A stretch of 64,000 nt of DNA from an uncultured Planctomycetales bacterium (GTDB lineage: Bacteria; Omnitrophota; Gorgyraeia; Gygaellales; JAHJCI01), in assembly GCA_964592485.1 (NCBI GenBank), contig CAZQEY010000003.1, positions 12,218 through 76,217 on the forward strand. Direction: 5' to 3'. Of this stretch, positions 35,241 through 45,820 are shown piece after piece. The notes under the pieces were generated by a model. The model was not told where the DNA came from. It worked only from the letters and a program-made list of their open reading frames with translations, and ran no database searches. The first letter of the stretch is position 1. Every line of letters starts with the position of its first letter. The translations under genes were made by a program, and so were the position numbers.

Positions 35241-35399
35241 TCACTGGCGCACCATAAGTTGTGTGTTCAGAGGGTTGCTCAAAAAAGTCATTTAATTCTC
35301 CGATGGAAAAGTGGAGGCGAGGTTTAAAAAGACCAAAATAATTTCCCGACGAGAAAATAGTTTTGAGCAAGGCTCTGTTTATTGAAGGAGGTGTAAAAG

Positions 35400-36554
35400 A
35401 TGAGTAAAAAAATTTTGATTCTTGTCGCTGTCTGTTTGGCCTTTCTTTCTCTTGGTTTTGCCCGAAGGCCACGTATACCCCCGTTTGTCGTCTATCTCGA
35501 TAAAGACGCAGAGGAAAATAACTATATTCCTTCAGGTTGGATGGGTGATAATGGGGATATAAAGATGAATGATCAATCTCTTAATGAGCCCTATTCAGGT
35601 AAAACCTGTATTCGGTTTGACTATTCTGCCAAGAAATCCCAGGGTCAAGGCTGGGCTGGTGTATATTGGCAGAACCCTCCCAATAACTGGGGAAGCAAAG
35701 AAGGTGGTTTTGATTTAAGTGGAATGACCAAGCTTACCTTCTGGGCAAGAGGTGAAAAGGGTGGCGAGGTTATTCAGAAGTTTGGCGTAGGCGGAATTGG
35801 TATAAACCAAGAGGTTCCCTATCCTGATTCTTGTGTTGTGGAAACCGGGCTGATTGAATTGACTCGTGCCTGGAAGAAGTACACAATTAATCTGGCTGGC
35901 CAGAATGTTTCTTATATTAACGGAGGGTTTTTCTGGGTTATCACCGCTGATTTAAATCCTGAGGGTGCAACCTTTTATTTAGATGAGATTAAGTTTGAGC
36001 CAGATCCCAGGATGAAGCCAGAGGTAAAGAGACCCCCAAGAATGCCTTTTTATGTTTATGCTGACCGTGGTTCAATGGATAACCACTTTGCTCCCTCTGG
36101 CTGGATGCCAGCAACTGCTTCCCAGGATTTAAAGTTTGATCAATCTTGGCAGGATAATCCTTATCTAGGGGATAGTTGCATTAAGATTACCTATAAAGAC
36201 AATTCAGGAATACGTTGGGCAGGGATTTATTGGCAGCATCCGGCAAATAACTGGGGAACCCAACGTGCTGGTTTTGACCTATCAAAAGCTACCAAATTAA
36301 CCTTCTGGGCGCATGGTGAGAAGGGTAAAGAAAGGATTGAGGAGTTCAAGGTCGGTGGGATAACAGGCAAATATCCGGATTCTGACTCTGTCAGCATTGG
36401 TCCAGTTGTCTTGGATAAGGAATGGAAGCAATACAGCATTGATTTAAGCGGCAAGGATATGTCTCATATCATTGGTGGCTTTTGCTGGGCAACTAACATT
36501 GATGTCAATCCCAAGGGTGTCACCTTCTATTTAGATGAGATAAAGTACGAATAA
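35400..36554 (+). CDS. Secreted protein with two tandem CBM-like domains (each ending FYLDEIK[FY]E)
   Basis: Signal peptide MSKKILILVAVCLAFLSLGFA; internal duplication (GWAGVYWQNPPNNWGS... / RWAGIYWQHPANNWGT...); strong SD GAAGGAGGTG. Confidence 0.65.
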   Translation: MSKKILILVAVCLAFLSLGFARRPRIPPFVVYLDKDAEENNYIPSGWMGDNGDIKMNDQSLNEPYSGKTCIRFDYSAKKSQGQGWAGVYWQNPPNNWGSKEGGFDLSGMTKLTFWARGEKGGEVIQKFGVGGIGINQEVPYPDSCVVETGLIELTRAWKKYTINLAGQNVSYINGGFFWVITADLNPEGATFYLDEIKFEPDPRMKPEVKRPPRMPFYVYADRGSMDNHFAPSGWMPATASQDLKFDQSWQDNPYLGDSCIKITYKDNSGIRWAGIYWQHPANNWGTQRAGFDLSKATKLTFWAHGEKGKERIEEFKVGGITGKYPDSDSVSIGPVVLDKEWKQYSIDLSGKDMSHIIGGFCWATNIDVNPKGVTFYLDEIKYE

Positions 36555-36749
36555 GTCACGCCGTAGAAATAAGAGTTTAAAAAGTTGATATCGGTGATGA
36601 GAAAATCAGTAGTCAGTATATCAGAATATTAGGTTATCAGGGAAGCTTTAAGCACCTCAGAAGAGTAACCTGGTATCTTAGTAAGAGGATATCTGCTACA
36701 CGAGAACTTACTGCCTTGATATCCGACTTTATTAGTGAGGGAGTCATAT

Positions 36750-37988
36750 ATGACATTGAAGAGATTTTATTTTATCTTTTTTATCTTTTTTACTTTAATA
36801 GTAACCACAGGTATGGCCAGACGGCCGAAATCTGTGGTCTACATCCGCAAGTATGAACATAGCCGATATCGCCTTTTCGTAGAAAATAAGCCTTACATCA
36901 TAAGAGGAGTTTGCTATAATCCTATTCCCATCGGCAAAAATCATGAATATGATTTATTCTCTGATCCTAATAAGCCCTGGATAGTTGATGGGAAGATGAT
37001 GCGGGCGATGGGGATAAATACAGTTCGCTTTTACAAAGTAGGCGATAATCCTGAAAGGGTGAAGCAGGTTATTCGAGATTTATACCAACTTTATGGCATT
37101 CGCAGTATCTTGGGTCACTGGTTAGGTTTTTGGGAATATCCCTGCCCGCGCTATGGAGATAAGGATTTTCAAGATAAGGTAAAATCAGAGGTTTTGAAAA
37201 TGGTTAATCTATATAAGGATGAGGATGGAGTTCTTTTTTGGATTTTAGGCAATGAAAATAATTATTCCTTTTCTGGTCAGATTAATCCCTGGTCAAGTGA
37301 GGAGATTAAAAATGAGCCGGATCCAGCCAAACAGAGGCTCCTGCGTGCTAGGATTTACTATTCCTTTGTAAATGATTTAGCGCGCGAAATTCATCAGATT
37401 GATCCTAATCATCCGGTTGCTATGGGTAACGGAGAGCTCGTTGGGCTCGAGGTTGCTAATGAGATTTGTTCAGATATTGATATTGTCGCCAGCATTGTTT
37501 ATCGTGGTAAAACCTTTGGCAATCTCTTTCGGAGTGTTAAGACGATTTTCGACCGACCAGTAGTGATTTCTGAATTTGGTGCAGATAGTTACGATGCCTA
37601 TAAAAACGAAGAAAATCAGAATATGCAGGCCTTCTTTTTGGAATCGCAGTGGAGGCAGATTTATAAGAATTTATATGGAAATAAAGATGGAGCAGGGAAT
37701 TGTCTGGGCGGGAGTACATTTGAGTGGACTGATGAATGGTGGAAGCACAATGAATACGAGACAGAGCCTTGGTCAGTTCACGATACCGGCGCAAGCTGGT
37801 CTAACGGCTCTTATTATTTCGATATTAAAGCAGAAGATAACAAAAATATGAATGAGGAATGGTTTGGCATTGTTGCCTTATCGCCAGATTTGGAAAATGG
37901 GATAAATAAACGCCTTCCCCGGAAGAGTTATTATATATTGCGAGAATTCTGGAGAAATCCTAGGAGGAAGTCAAAAATTAGATATTAA
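36750..37988 (+). CDS. Clan GH-A glycoside hydrolase (paralog of catalytic domain of 32676-35054), secreted
   Basis: Signal peptide; NENNY and ISEFG catalytic-type motifs; SD GAGGGAG before ATG 36750 (track ORF begins at GTG 36735). Confidence 0.6.
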   Translation: MTLKRFYFIFFIFFTLIVTTGMARRPKSVVYIRKYEHSRYRLFVENKPYIIRGVCYNPIPIGKNHEYDLFSDPNKPWIVDGKMMRAMGINTVRFYKVGDNPERVKQVIRDLYQLYGIRSILGHWLGFWEYPCPRYGDKDFQDKVKSEVLKMVNLYKDEDGVLFWILGNENNYSFSGQINPWSSEEIKNEPDPAKQRLLRARIYYSFVNDLAREIHQIDPNHPVAMGNGELVGLEVANEICSDIDIVASIVYRGKTFGNLFRSVKTIFDRPVVISEFGADSYDAYKNEENQNMQAFFLESQWRQIYKNLYGNKDGAGNCLGGSTFEWTDEWWKHNEYETEPWSVHDTGASWSNGSYYFDIKAEDNKNMNEEWFGIVALSPDLENGINKRLPRKSYYILREFWRNPRRKSKIRY

Positions 37989-38099
37989 CTTTGCCAGAAA
38001 TATAAATCTCCAATAAAGAAACAAAATTTCTAAGGGAGTCAAAAATCAAAATGATGCCGAATAATGTAGTAACTTCGGCATCCCAAAGATTACTCCAAG

Positions 38100-39572
38100 A
38101 TGAAAACTTCATTTAGGACGAATCAAAAATTAAAATTTTTTGAGATTTGTTTATTTTTGGCGTTCATTACGATTTATGAGTTACGATTTACGAGTTACGA
38201 ATCATTTGCTCAAGAAGACTTAAGTCAACTTAAGGAGTCATACTTTAATCAGCATCAATATTCTGAATTTGTAGACTATTTAAAAAGCTTTAGAAGAAAT
38301 TATCCCCTGTCTGAGGTGAGTTACTATATTGCCCTGTCTCGCTATGAACAACTAAAATATTTAGAGGAGACACAAAATTGGGCAGAGTATTTTAATCGAG
38401 GTGACCAATATCGTCAGGAATTTATCAGGGAAGTATTGAATGCGGCAAAATTGACCTCAAGAAGAAAAGACCCTCTTTTTGTTTACGCTAAGTGCCTTTT
38501 ATGGGAATTCCATAAATATATGCAAGATGATGAAGAGATGACAGCACTTGCGAATTTGCTTAATGCTGTTAAGCAATATTCAGGGTCGGCTGATGCCGAT
38601 CTATCTGCAATTAAATATGTTGCAGATACTCTATCCAGTTATGCTGACCGAGTAAACTCCCAACGGGTCTACAACATTTATCTTGGAAAGCTAATAATCT
38701 CTCTGGAAGAAAATAGAGAATCAGAATTAATTTCCTTAGCAAAACAGTTAGCTTATCAGGATGACGGTGTGGGCAATCCCTTTTTTGCTGAAGAGGTTTT
38801 TAAAAAATTAAGGAAGTTAAATCCTGACTTAATCCTTGATGAACAAACGCAGTATCTACGCGCTTATAATTTAGAAAAGATAAAGCAATACGAAGATGCC
38901 TATCTGCAATATCAGATATTAGTTGAAAATTATCCTCGGAGCTCTCATTATGCGGAAGCAACTTTTAAAATGGGGGTAATTTCTGCTTATATATTGCGAG
39001 ATATCTCTACCGCACAAGATTACTTTACTAAATTGACTAAAAGTCCTTCTCTGAGCCCTCCGGTTTTTGATAGTTTCTATCAGTTAGGTTTAATTGCTCA
39101 ATACCAAGGCGATATTTCCAAGGCAAAAAAGTATTACAATGCTCTGTTAAAGAAGTCAAGAAGAATCACCCGTTGCGATGATTTTATTAGTAAGGCTAAA
39201 GTGAGATTAAAAGAAATAAAAGGGAAACAGCCCTTAGAATTTAATCTTCGGACCTTTATGGATGCCTCATGCGAAGACGATAGAGGTAAAGTTTTGAGTC
39301 ACAATGTTGATATAAGAGCACAGTATTTTAAGTTAATTCCTAATCAGGATGTCCAATTATCCTCCTCTGTCCTACTTGCACAAAGTGGCTGTATGGCAGT
39401 CAATTTAGAGTATCTTTGGTCCGGTGACCTCGGCAGTGCGAAACCACGAAATGACCAGGATAGCTTTACTACTCATTACGCCTGTCCTGGCACAAAACTA
39501 ATTCTGCTTACAGTAGTTACTCCTTCAGGAATTTTAGGCTACAACTTGGTTTTTCTCGATGCAGTAGAATAA
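38100..39572 (+). CDS. Secreted TPR-like repeat protein, 490 aa, function unknown
   Basis: ORF with signal-peptide-like N-terminus; repeated Y-x-x-A/L-x-x-Y patterns (AYNLEKIKQYEDAYLQYQILVENYP..., YQLGLIAQYQGDISKAKKYYNAL). Confidence 0.45.
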   Translation: MKTSFRTNQKLKFFEICLFLAFITIYELRFTSYESFAQEDLSQLKESYFNQHQYSEFVDYLKSFRRNYPLSEVSYYIALSRYEQLKYLEETQNWAEYFNRGDQYRQEFIREVLNAAKLTSRRKDPLFVYAKCLLWEFHKYMQDDEEMTALANLLNAVKQYSGSADADLSAIKYVADTLSSYADRVNSQRVYNIYLGKLIISLEENRESELISLAKQLAYQDDGVGNPFFAEEVFKKLRKLNPDLILDEQTQYLRAYNLEKIKQYEDAYLQYQILVENYPRSSHYAEATFKMGVISAYILRDISTAQDYFTKLTKSPSLSPPVFDSFYQLGLIAQYQGDISKAKKYYNALLKKSRRITRCDDFISKAKVRLKEIKGKQPLEFNLRTFMDASCEDDRGKVLSHNVDIRAQYFKLIPNQDVQLSSSVLLAQSGCMAVNLEYLWSGDLGSAKPRNDQDSFTTHYACPGTKLILLTVVTPSGILGYNLVFLDAVE

Positions 39573-39885
39573 GATTCTTTTGTAAGAGGAATATAATTTT
39601 CTTCTCTCCAGGGGGATGTCTCATCTTCGATAAAGTCCTTGACCCCGCGCCTTTTATCTATTAAAATATTAAAATACAAACTAATAATAGGATTGCAGAT
39701 TATCCTTTGACTTGGACTCGGTCCTTCGATAAACTCAGGACTGAGTCCTGAGCGTAGTCGAATGGACTCAGGATAACCTGTTCTGGGTTTATCGAAGGGC
39801 AGATTAAATAGAGCTATTATCGAGGTTTTGCACTTCTTACAGATAAACGCAGGATAAGGTTAAGCGGGTGCAGGATGGAGAGACT

Positions 39886-40740
39886 ATGGCTATAGTGGAA
39901 GGAAAGCTTAAAATTATTATTTTAGTTCTAGTGGTATTGTTAGCAACAAGTCTTTTTCTTATCTTCAGCATCCAGAGTTCAAAGTCAGCGTTATTGCGAG
40001 AATATAACTATACCAGACAAAAGCTAACTCAGGCAAATAAGGAGCTTACAAACAAACTGAGTAGTATACTGGCAGAGAATAGCAGCCTCCAGGATAGATT
40101 AAGGGTTATTCAAGAGGATTTGGAACGCGCATCTGCCGAGAGAAGCCAGGTCCAGACCAGGTTTGAATTAATAAATAAAGAGAGAGCAGAGTTGCTGGAG
40201 AAATTAAAGTTGTATGCGCAATTGCAAAAAGACTTGGAACTTTTTAAAAATGAGAATAGAGCATTGAAAGAGCAGATTGATGTGCTGGAAAAAAACAAGT
40301 TTAAATTAAAATCCGACCTGAATGGGCTTAGGCGGGATAATGAAATCCTGAAACAAAAGATTGAGGAGGCACAACGTAGTTTAGAGGAAAAAACTCTTAT
40401 GGCCGGATATGGCAAGGAGCAGGAGGTTGATCTAACGCAGGAGTCTGAGTTGTGGTCTGTAGATTTGCCTCCCATAGTAATCTCACCACAACTCTTAGCG
40501 GATATTGATTTACCCTCTTCACTGGAGGGTGGGATTATTAATGTGAATAGGGAATACAATTTTGTAGTAATTGATTTAGGCCAGGGTATGGGTGTCAGAG
40601 AAGGTATGGTTTTTGAGGTTTTCCGGAAAGGTAAGTTCTTAGGTAAAGTTGAGGTTATTCAACTGCGTGAGAAGATTGCTGCTTGCGATATAATCCAGGC
40701 TAATATACCTTTTAGAGTAGGCGATATTGTAAGATATTGA
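39886..40740 (+). CDS. Membrane-anchored coiled-coil protein with C-terminal small beta-barrel-like domain, function unknown
   Basis: N-terminal TM helix (IIILVLVVLLATSLFLIF), ~150 aa heptad-rich Q/E/K/L segment, C-terminal FVVIDLGQGMGVREGMVFEVFRKGKFLGKVEVI. Confidence 0.45.
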   Translation: MAIVEGKLKIIILVLVVLLATSLFLIFSIQSSKSALLREYNYTRQKLTQANKELTNKLSSILAENSSLQDRLRVIQEDLERASAERSQVQTRFELINKERAELLEKLKLYAQLQKDLELFKNENRALKEQIDVLEKNKFKLKSDLNGLRRDNEILKQKIEEAQRSLEEKTLMAGYGKEQEVDLTQESELWSVDLPPIVISPQLLADIDLPSSLEGGIINVNREYNFVVIDLGQGMGVREGMVFEVFRKGKFLGKVEVIQLREKIAACDIIQANIPFRVGDIVRY

Positions 40741-41771
40741 AAGATATTAAGAACCCAAAAAAGCCCAAAGAATCACCGGTTTCCATCGAGGATGTCGCCC
40801 GTGAAAGTGGAGTCTCACCCGCCACAGTATCCCGCGTAATTAATAACATCCCTTCCGTAAAAGAAGAAAATTATCAGAGGGTTCTTGCCGCTATCAAGAA
40901 ACTTAAATTTCAACCGTCGGTGTTTGCCCAACGTTTGGCAAAGGGTAAGTCTAATGTAGTGGGATTGGTTATCCCTCGCTACGAAGGTGTATTTTATTCC
41001 TTTTATCTGTTAGAGTTGATTCGCGGCATTGGGATGATCTGCGAAGAATTAAGGCTGGAATTATTATTGCATTTAACTTCTGCTCAATCATCGCTAAATT
41101 TAAAAGGCCTGGGCGGGGTAATCTTTGCCGATATAATTGGTAATGAGCGCCAGTTAGAATATATCTTAGAACAAAATATTCCCTGTACGGTAATTAATCA
41201 CCATATGGAAGCCCTTTCTGTGTCATGCATCTCTATAGATAATACTAAGGGGGCCAGAGAGGCGGTAGATTATCTGGTTGGGCTTGGTCATAGGCGCATA
41301 GCCCATATAACCGGAGATTTAATTACTCAAGCTGCCCGACAGCGTTTTGAAGGATATAAAAAGAGCCTGGGAATGAATAATATTGTTTTTCGGGATGATT
41401 ATGTAGTCAAGACGGACTACTCGCGTGGTCAGGCACGAAGTGCCACTTATCAGTTATTAAGATTAAATCAACCTCCCACTGCCATATTTGTCGCTTCCGA
41501 TTCAATGGCCTTAGAGGTAATGGCGGTGGCTACAGAATTAGGCAAGAATATCCCCCACGATTTTTCTATCATTGGCTTTGATGATAATCCTTCTGGCCTT
41601 TATGCACCAGTTGCCCTTACTACAATCAGGCAACCCTTAATCAAAATGGCTCAAGAAGGCATTAGGGAATTGAATAGGTTGATGACTACCAGCTCATCTA
41701 AAATTATTAAGCGGGCACTGCCTTGTGAGTTAATAGTGAGGGAGTCTTGTGCTAGTCTAAGCTCAAAATGA
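40737..41771 (+). CDS. LacI-family transcriptional regulator
   Basis: VSIEDVARESGVSPATVSRVINN HTH_LacI signature plus periplasmic-binding-fold body; start codon uncertain (TTG at 40737 overlapping upstream stop). Confidence 0.75.
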   Translation: MKDIKNPKKPKESPVSIEDVARESGVSPATVSRVINNIPSVKEENYQRVLAAIKKLKFQPSVFAQRLAKGKSNVVGLVIPRYEGVFYSFYLLELIRGIGMICEELRLELLLHLTSAQSSLNLKGLGGVIFADIIGNERQLEYILEQNIPCTVINHHMEALSVSCISIDNTKGAREAVDYLVGLGHRRIAHITGDLITQAARQRFEGYKKSLGMNNIVFRDDYVVKTDYSRGQARSATYQLLRLNQPPTAIFVASDSMALEVMAVATELGKNIPHDFSIIGFDDNPSGLYAPVALTTIRQPLIKMAQEGIRELNRLMTTSSSKIIKRALPCELIVRESCASLSSK

Positions 41772-41825
41772 AATCAGCACAGCAGAAGAGAAGCAGCCGC
41801 TCGTAAGTCTCTGCCTGTGCTATGC

Positions 41826-41885
41826 CTGAATTTGACCACCCCCTTCAATAAAGTAACATAAGTGAAAGTAAGAAGATGAGTTTCA
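41826..41885 (+). repeat. REP-like element copy 2 (degenerate; right arm lost)
   Basis: TTTGACCACCCCCTTCAATAAAGTAACATAAGTGAAAGTAAGAAGATGAG aligns with copy 1 over ~50 nt. Confidence 0.45.
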
Positions 41886-42070
41886 GTTCGCTGCGCATCT
41901 TTTTGTTATGAAGTGTCTGTTTGTAGTAGGGGGGGCGGGATTACAATTTTATTATGGATAAGATAGGTTATGCGACAAAAGAGAAGATGCGGGATGAATG
42001 ATGCTGGCAGGGATAAATACAATTTATTGTATAGTATAAATGATAAAGCCCTATATGTAGTATCTTTTTC

Positions 42071-42099
42071 TTGACAAGTTAATTAATCTATGTTATGCT
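42071..42099 (+). promoter_or_regulatory. Sigma70-like promoter TTGACA-17-TATGCT upstream of nrdJ
   Basis: Consensus -35 and near-consensus -10 with 17-nt spacer ~100 nt upstream of ATG 42198. Confidence 0.5.
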
Positions 42100-42132
42100 T
42101 TAGGTGTGGGATAACCTGTAGAAAATAAACTA

Positions 42133-42161
42133 GGGTAAGTGTGTAGGTCCGAACTTACACA
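42133..42161 (+). promoter_or_regulatory. 9-10 bp inverted repeat AAGTGTGTA-N10-TACACACTT in nrdJ 5'UTR (operator or RNA hairpin)
   Basis: Perfect palindrome between promoter and SD of nrdJ. Confidence 0.35.
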
Positions 42162-42197
42162 CTTTACATTCCGAGCGACTGAAAGGAGCGAGGTAAG

Positions 42198-44438
42198 ATG
42201 AAGCTCAATTTATCAGAAAATGCCTTAAGGGTTTTAGAAAGGCGGTATCTTAAAAAAGATAGTCAAGGTCAGGTTATTGAGACGCCTGAGGAGTTATTCA
42301 GGCGTGTCGCCAGGGCAATTGCTGAGGTGGAGAGACTGTATGGCCACTCGGCAGTTGAGATAAAAAAATTAGAGGAAAGTTTTTTTGATATGATGACCTC
42401 ATTAGAGTTTATGCCAAATAGTCCTACCATCATGAACGCAGGTAAAGAATTGGGACAGCTCTCTGCGTGCTTCACCCTTCCTATCGAAGATTCGATGGAA
42501 TCGATATTCGAGACTTTAAAGGCCACCAGTCTTATCCATAAGTCAGGCGGCGGCACCGGCTTTTCCTTTTCACGATTACGACCTAAAAATGCAGTAGTCA
42601 AAACTACAGGTGGAATTGCCTCGGGTCCAGTTTCATTTATGAAAGTCTATGATGCAGCAACTGAAGCAGTAAAGCAGGGAGGCACAAGACGCGGCGCCAA
42701 CATGGGAATCTTAAGGATTGACCATCCGGATATATTGGAGTTTATCGCCTGTAAAGATAAGAGCAACGAAATAACCAACTTTAACATCTCTGTGGCAATA
42801 ACCGAAGATTTTATGGAGAAATTACAAAACAGTGAAGATTATGATTTAATCGATCCCCGCACAAAAAAAATTACCAAGCGCCTCAACGCAAGAGAAACGT
42901 TTGATTTGATTGTCAAGCAGGCGCACAAGAACGGTGAGCCGGGAATCATCTTTATTGATAAAATAGAGAAGGATAATCCTACTCCTAAGTTAGGCAGGAT
43001 TGAAAGCACTAACCCTTGCGGCGAGCAGCCCATTCTGCCCTATGAGAGTTGTGACCTGGGCTCGATAAATTTAGTAAGGATGATAAAGAAGACAGATTCA
43101 GGCGTTGAGATTGACTGGGATAAATTAAAGAGGGCCGTTCATCTATCCGTGCACTTTTTAGATAATGTGATTGATGCAAATAAATTTCCTTTGCCTGAGA
43201 TTGAGAAGGCAACCAAGCTAACCCGCAAGATTGGCTTAGGAATTATGGGTTGGGCAAGTCTTTTGATTAGACTGGGCATACCTTATAATAGTGATGAGGC
43301 AATCCAACTGGCTGACAAATTGATGTCGTTTATCCTTAAGGAGGCAAAGGAAAAATCTTTCCAATTAGCCAAGGAAAAGGGCGTATTCACAGCTTTTAAG
43401 GGTAGCATTTTGGAAAAACAGAATCTCAGGCTTCGAAATGCCACCTTAACCACTATTGCGCCTACCGGAACAATCAGTATCATTGCCGGGCCTACTTCCT
43501 CAGGTATTGAGCCCTTATTCGCTATTTCTTATTATCGCAATGTTATGGATAATGACAAACTCGTTGAGGTTGAGCCGATGTTTGAACAGGTGGCAAGAGA
43601 GCGCGGTTTTTACAGTCGGCAATTAATGGAAAAAATCGCTGAGACTGGCTCAATCCAGAAGATTGAGGAGATTCCGCCGGATGTAAAGTGTATCTTTGTT
43701 ACTGCCCATGATATTCGGCCTGAATGGCATATTCGAATGCAGGCAGTATTTCAGAAGTATACAAATAACGCGGTTTCAAAGACGATCAATTTCCCTCGCG
43801 ATGCCGAAGTTTCTGATGTGCGCAAGGCTTATCTTTTGGCTTATGAGCTGGGTTGTAAGGGAATTACGGTTTATCGTGATAAAAGCCGCCAAGAGCAGGT
43901 TCTTAATATTACTGGCAAGCAGGAGGTATCGGCCGGGGAGGAAGCTAAGGTAGGGCCGGGCAAGATTGTCCCTCGGCCACGCCCTGAGGTTACTACAGGC
44001 ACGACAACCAAGGTTTCTACCGGTTGCGGCAATTTATATATTACGATAAATTCGGACGAGCAAGGTCGGTCATTTGAGGTTTTTACCCAGATGGGGAAAG
44101 CCGGTGGTTGTGCAGCAAGCCAATTAGAGGCAATCGGCCGGCTTGTATCTCTTGCCCTGCGTTCAGAAATCGACGTGAAATCGATAATTGAGCAATTACG
44201 CAATATCCGTTGTCCTTCTCCTTCGTGGCAAAAGGGTGTGCGAATATTCTCGTGCGCAGATGCCCTAGCCCGTGTTATGGAGAAGAGATTAATTAACAAT
44301 CAACCCGCGGTTTCCTCTGTTCAGAAATCACAGCATGGGGTATCCAATATAGTAGGGGTATGCCCGGATTGCGGAGGGGCTTTACGCCACGAAGAGGGAT
44401 GCGTTAAGTGCTATGCTTGCGGATTTACTAAGTGTTAA
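42198..44438 (+). CDS. nrdJ: Class II adenosylcobalamin-dependent ribonucleotide reductase
   Basis: [24 protein letters not shown] (active-site Cys region), size 746 aa, C-terminal Zn-ribbon CPDCGG...CVKCYACG typical of monomeric NrdJ. Confidence 0.85.
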   Translation: MKLNLSENALRVLERRYLKKDSQGQVIETPEELFRRVARAIAEVERLYGHSAVEIKKLEESFFDMMTSLEFMPNSPTIMNAGKELGQLSACFTLPIEDSMESIFETLKATSLIHKSGGGTGFSFSRLRPKNAVVKTTGGIASGPVSFMKVYDAATEAVKQGGTRRGANMGILRIDHPDILEFIACKDKSNEITNFNISVAITEDFMEKLQNSEDYDLIDPRTKKITKRLNARETFDLIVKQAHKNGEPGIIFIDKIEKDNPTPKLGRIESTNPCGEQPILPYESCDLGSINLVRMIKKTDSGVEIDWDKLKRAVHLSVHFLDNVIDANKFPLPEIEKATKLTRKIGLGIMGWASLLIRLGIPYNSDEAIQLADKLMSFILKEAKEKSFQLAKEKGVFTAFKGSILEKQNLRLRNATLTTIAPTGTISIIAGPTSSGIEPLFAISYYRNVMDNDKLVEVEPMFEQVARERGFYSRQLMEKIAETGSIQKIEEIPPDVKCIFVTAHDIRPEWHIRMQAVFQKYTNNAVSKTINFPRDAEVSDVRKAYLLAYELGCKGITVYRDKSRQEQVLNITGKQEVSAGEEAKVGPGKIVPRPRPEVTTGTTTKVSTGCGNLYITINSDEQGRSFEVFTQMGKAGGCAASQLEAIGRLVSLALRSEIDVKSIIEQLRNIRCPSPSWQKGVRIFSCADALARVMEKRLINNQPAVSSVQKSQHGVSNIVGVCPDCGGALRHEEGCVKCYACGFTKC

Positions 44439-44530
44439 AATCGTAATTGCGTTATTCCTGTTGGGTCAGTTAATTCTGTTAACGGACTAAACAGACATAA
44501 CAGACTAAACAAAGAAAATCAACTAAGCGA

Positions 44531-45820
44531 ATGAAAAAGATTTTATATGTAGTTTTAGACGGATTAGGTGATTTGCCAATTCACGAATTGAATAACAAGA
44601 CTCCCCTTGAGGTAGCAGCCACCCCCCATATGGACAGATTGACGAAGCTTGGTTGTACCGGTATTCTCTATCCGGTAGATAAAGGTATCGCCCCCGAGTC
44701 AGATATTGCTGTAATCAGCCTTTTAGGTTATGATGCCAAAAAGTATTATACGGGCAGGGGCCCATTGGAGTCTTTTGCCGAAGGGCTGAAGGTATTGCCT
44801 GGAAATCTGGCTCTGCGGGTCAATTTTGCTACTGTGGATAGCGACGGTAAATCTATATTAGACCGCCGGGTGGGAAGGAACTTGACTACCGATGAGGCAA
44901 CCGCGTTATCCAAAGAGATAAATTCCAAAGTCAAGCTTTCTTCAGCAACATTTGAATTCAAGAATACCATTGGTCACCGCGGCGTATTGGTAATCCGCCA
45001 CAATAATAAAAACCTATCCGGATGGATAACCAATACAGACCCTGCTTATGACCGGGAAGGGATTTTCGGCATAGCCAAGGAGAAGTTTGAAAAGAAGGTA
45101 CTTGATTCCCAGCCTCTGCCTGAATATAAAGATTCACCGGAAGCAAGGGATGCAGCAGTTCTACTTAATGAATTCACCCGGAAGTCTCATCAGGTCTTGT
45201 CCCAGTCAGAAATTAATAAGAAGAGGGTCGCCGAGAATAAGTTGCCGGGTAATATTATTCTTTCTCGCGATGCCGGCGATCACCTGCCTGAGTTTCCATC
45301 GGTAAAATCGCTTTATAATTTAAAATTTGGCTCCTTTGTCCAGATGCCTGTTGAAAAGGGTATTGCTCTTTTGACTGGAATAGAGGTTGTTGAGGTTCCT
45401 CTGCCTTCGACACATTTAGAGGTGGATTATTCTATTTGGGCGAAGATTACCTTGAAGAAAATCATTGAATTTGATGGACTCTATATTCATATTAAGGGTC
45501 CAGACGAACCGGCTCACGATGGAGATTTTAACAAAAAGAAAGAGGTCATTGAGATAATCGATAAATTCTTCTTCAGCCCATTACTTAAAAAATTAAATCT
45601 TAAAGATACGATTATCGCCGTGACTGCTGACCATTCTACTGTTTGTAAGATGCGCGCTCATTCTGCTGACCCTGTTCCCTTGTTAATTGCGGGTGGCGGC
45701 ATTGCTTCTGATGGCAGCCAAAGTTTTTCTGAAAGGGTAGCAAGTAAGGGTTCTTTAGGTCAAATTCGTGGGCTTGAACTTCTATCACTGTTGATAAAAT
45801 TCGCGAGCGGAGAAAAATGA
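44531..45820 (+). CDS. apgM: 2,3-bisphosphoglycerate-independent phosphoglycerate mutase, archaeal type
   Basis: N-terminus MKKILYVVLDGLGD and metal-binding HS/ADH motifs (ADHS) characteristic of ApgM/phosphopentomutase-like family; 429 aa. Confidence 0.7.
   Translation: MKKILYVVLDGLGDLPIHELNNKTPLEVAATPHMDRLTKLGCTGILYPVDKGIAPESDIAVISLLGYDAKKYYTGRGPLESFAEGLKVLPGNLALRVNFATVDSDGKSILDRRVGRNLTTDEATALSKEINSKVKLSSATFEFKNTIGHRGVLVIRHNNKNLSGWITNTDPAYDREGIFGIAKEKFEKKVLDSQPLPEYKDSPEARDAAVLLNEFTRKSHQVLSQSEINKKRVAENKLPGNIILSRDAGDHLPEFPSVKSLYNLKFGSFVQMPVEKGIALLTGIEVVEVPLPSTHLEVDYSIWAKITLKKIIEFDGLYIHIKGPDEPAHDGDFNKKKEVIEIIDKFFFSPLLKKLNLKDTIIAVTADHSTVCKMRAHSADPVPLLIAGGGIASDGSQSFSERVASKGSLGQIRGLELLSLLIKFASGEK

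Noticed and set aside
40110-40559. 149-aa minus-strand ORF inside the coiled-coil protein gene
   Set aside because: It is an antisense Ser-rich translation of a Glu/Lys/Leu-rich coiled-coil coding region, with no start context.
41772-42197. Cobalamin riboswitch upstream of nrdJ
   Set aside because: No B12-box-like GCCACTG core or the expected multi-stem architecture was recognised. Class II RNR needs B12 as a cofactor and is not normally B12-repressed.
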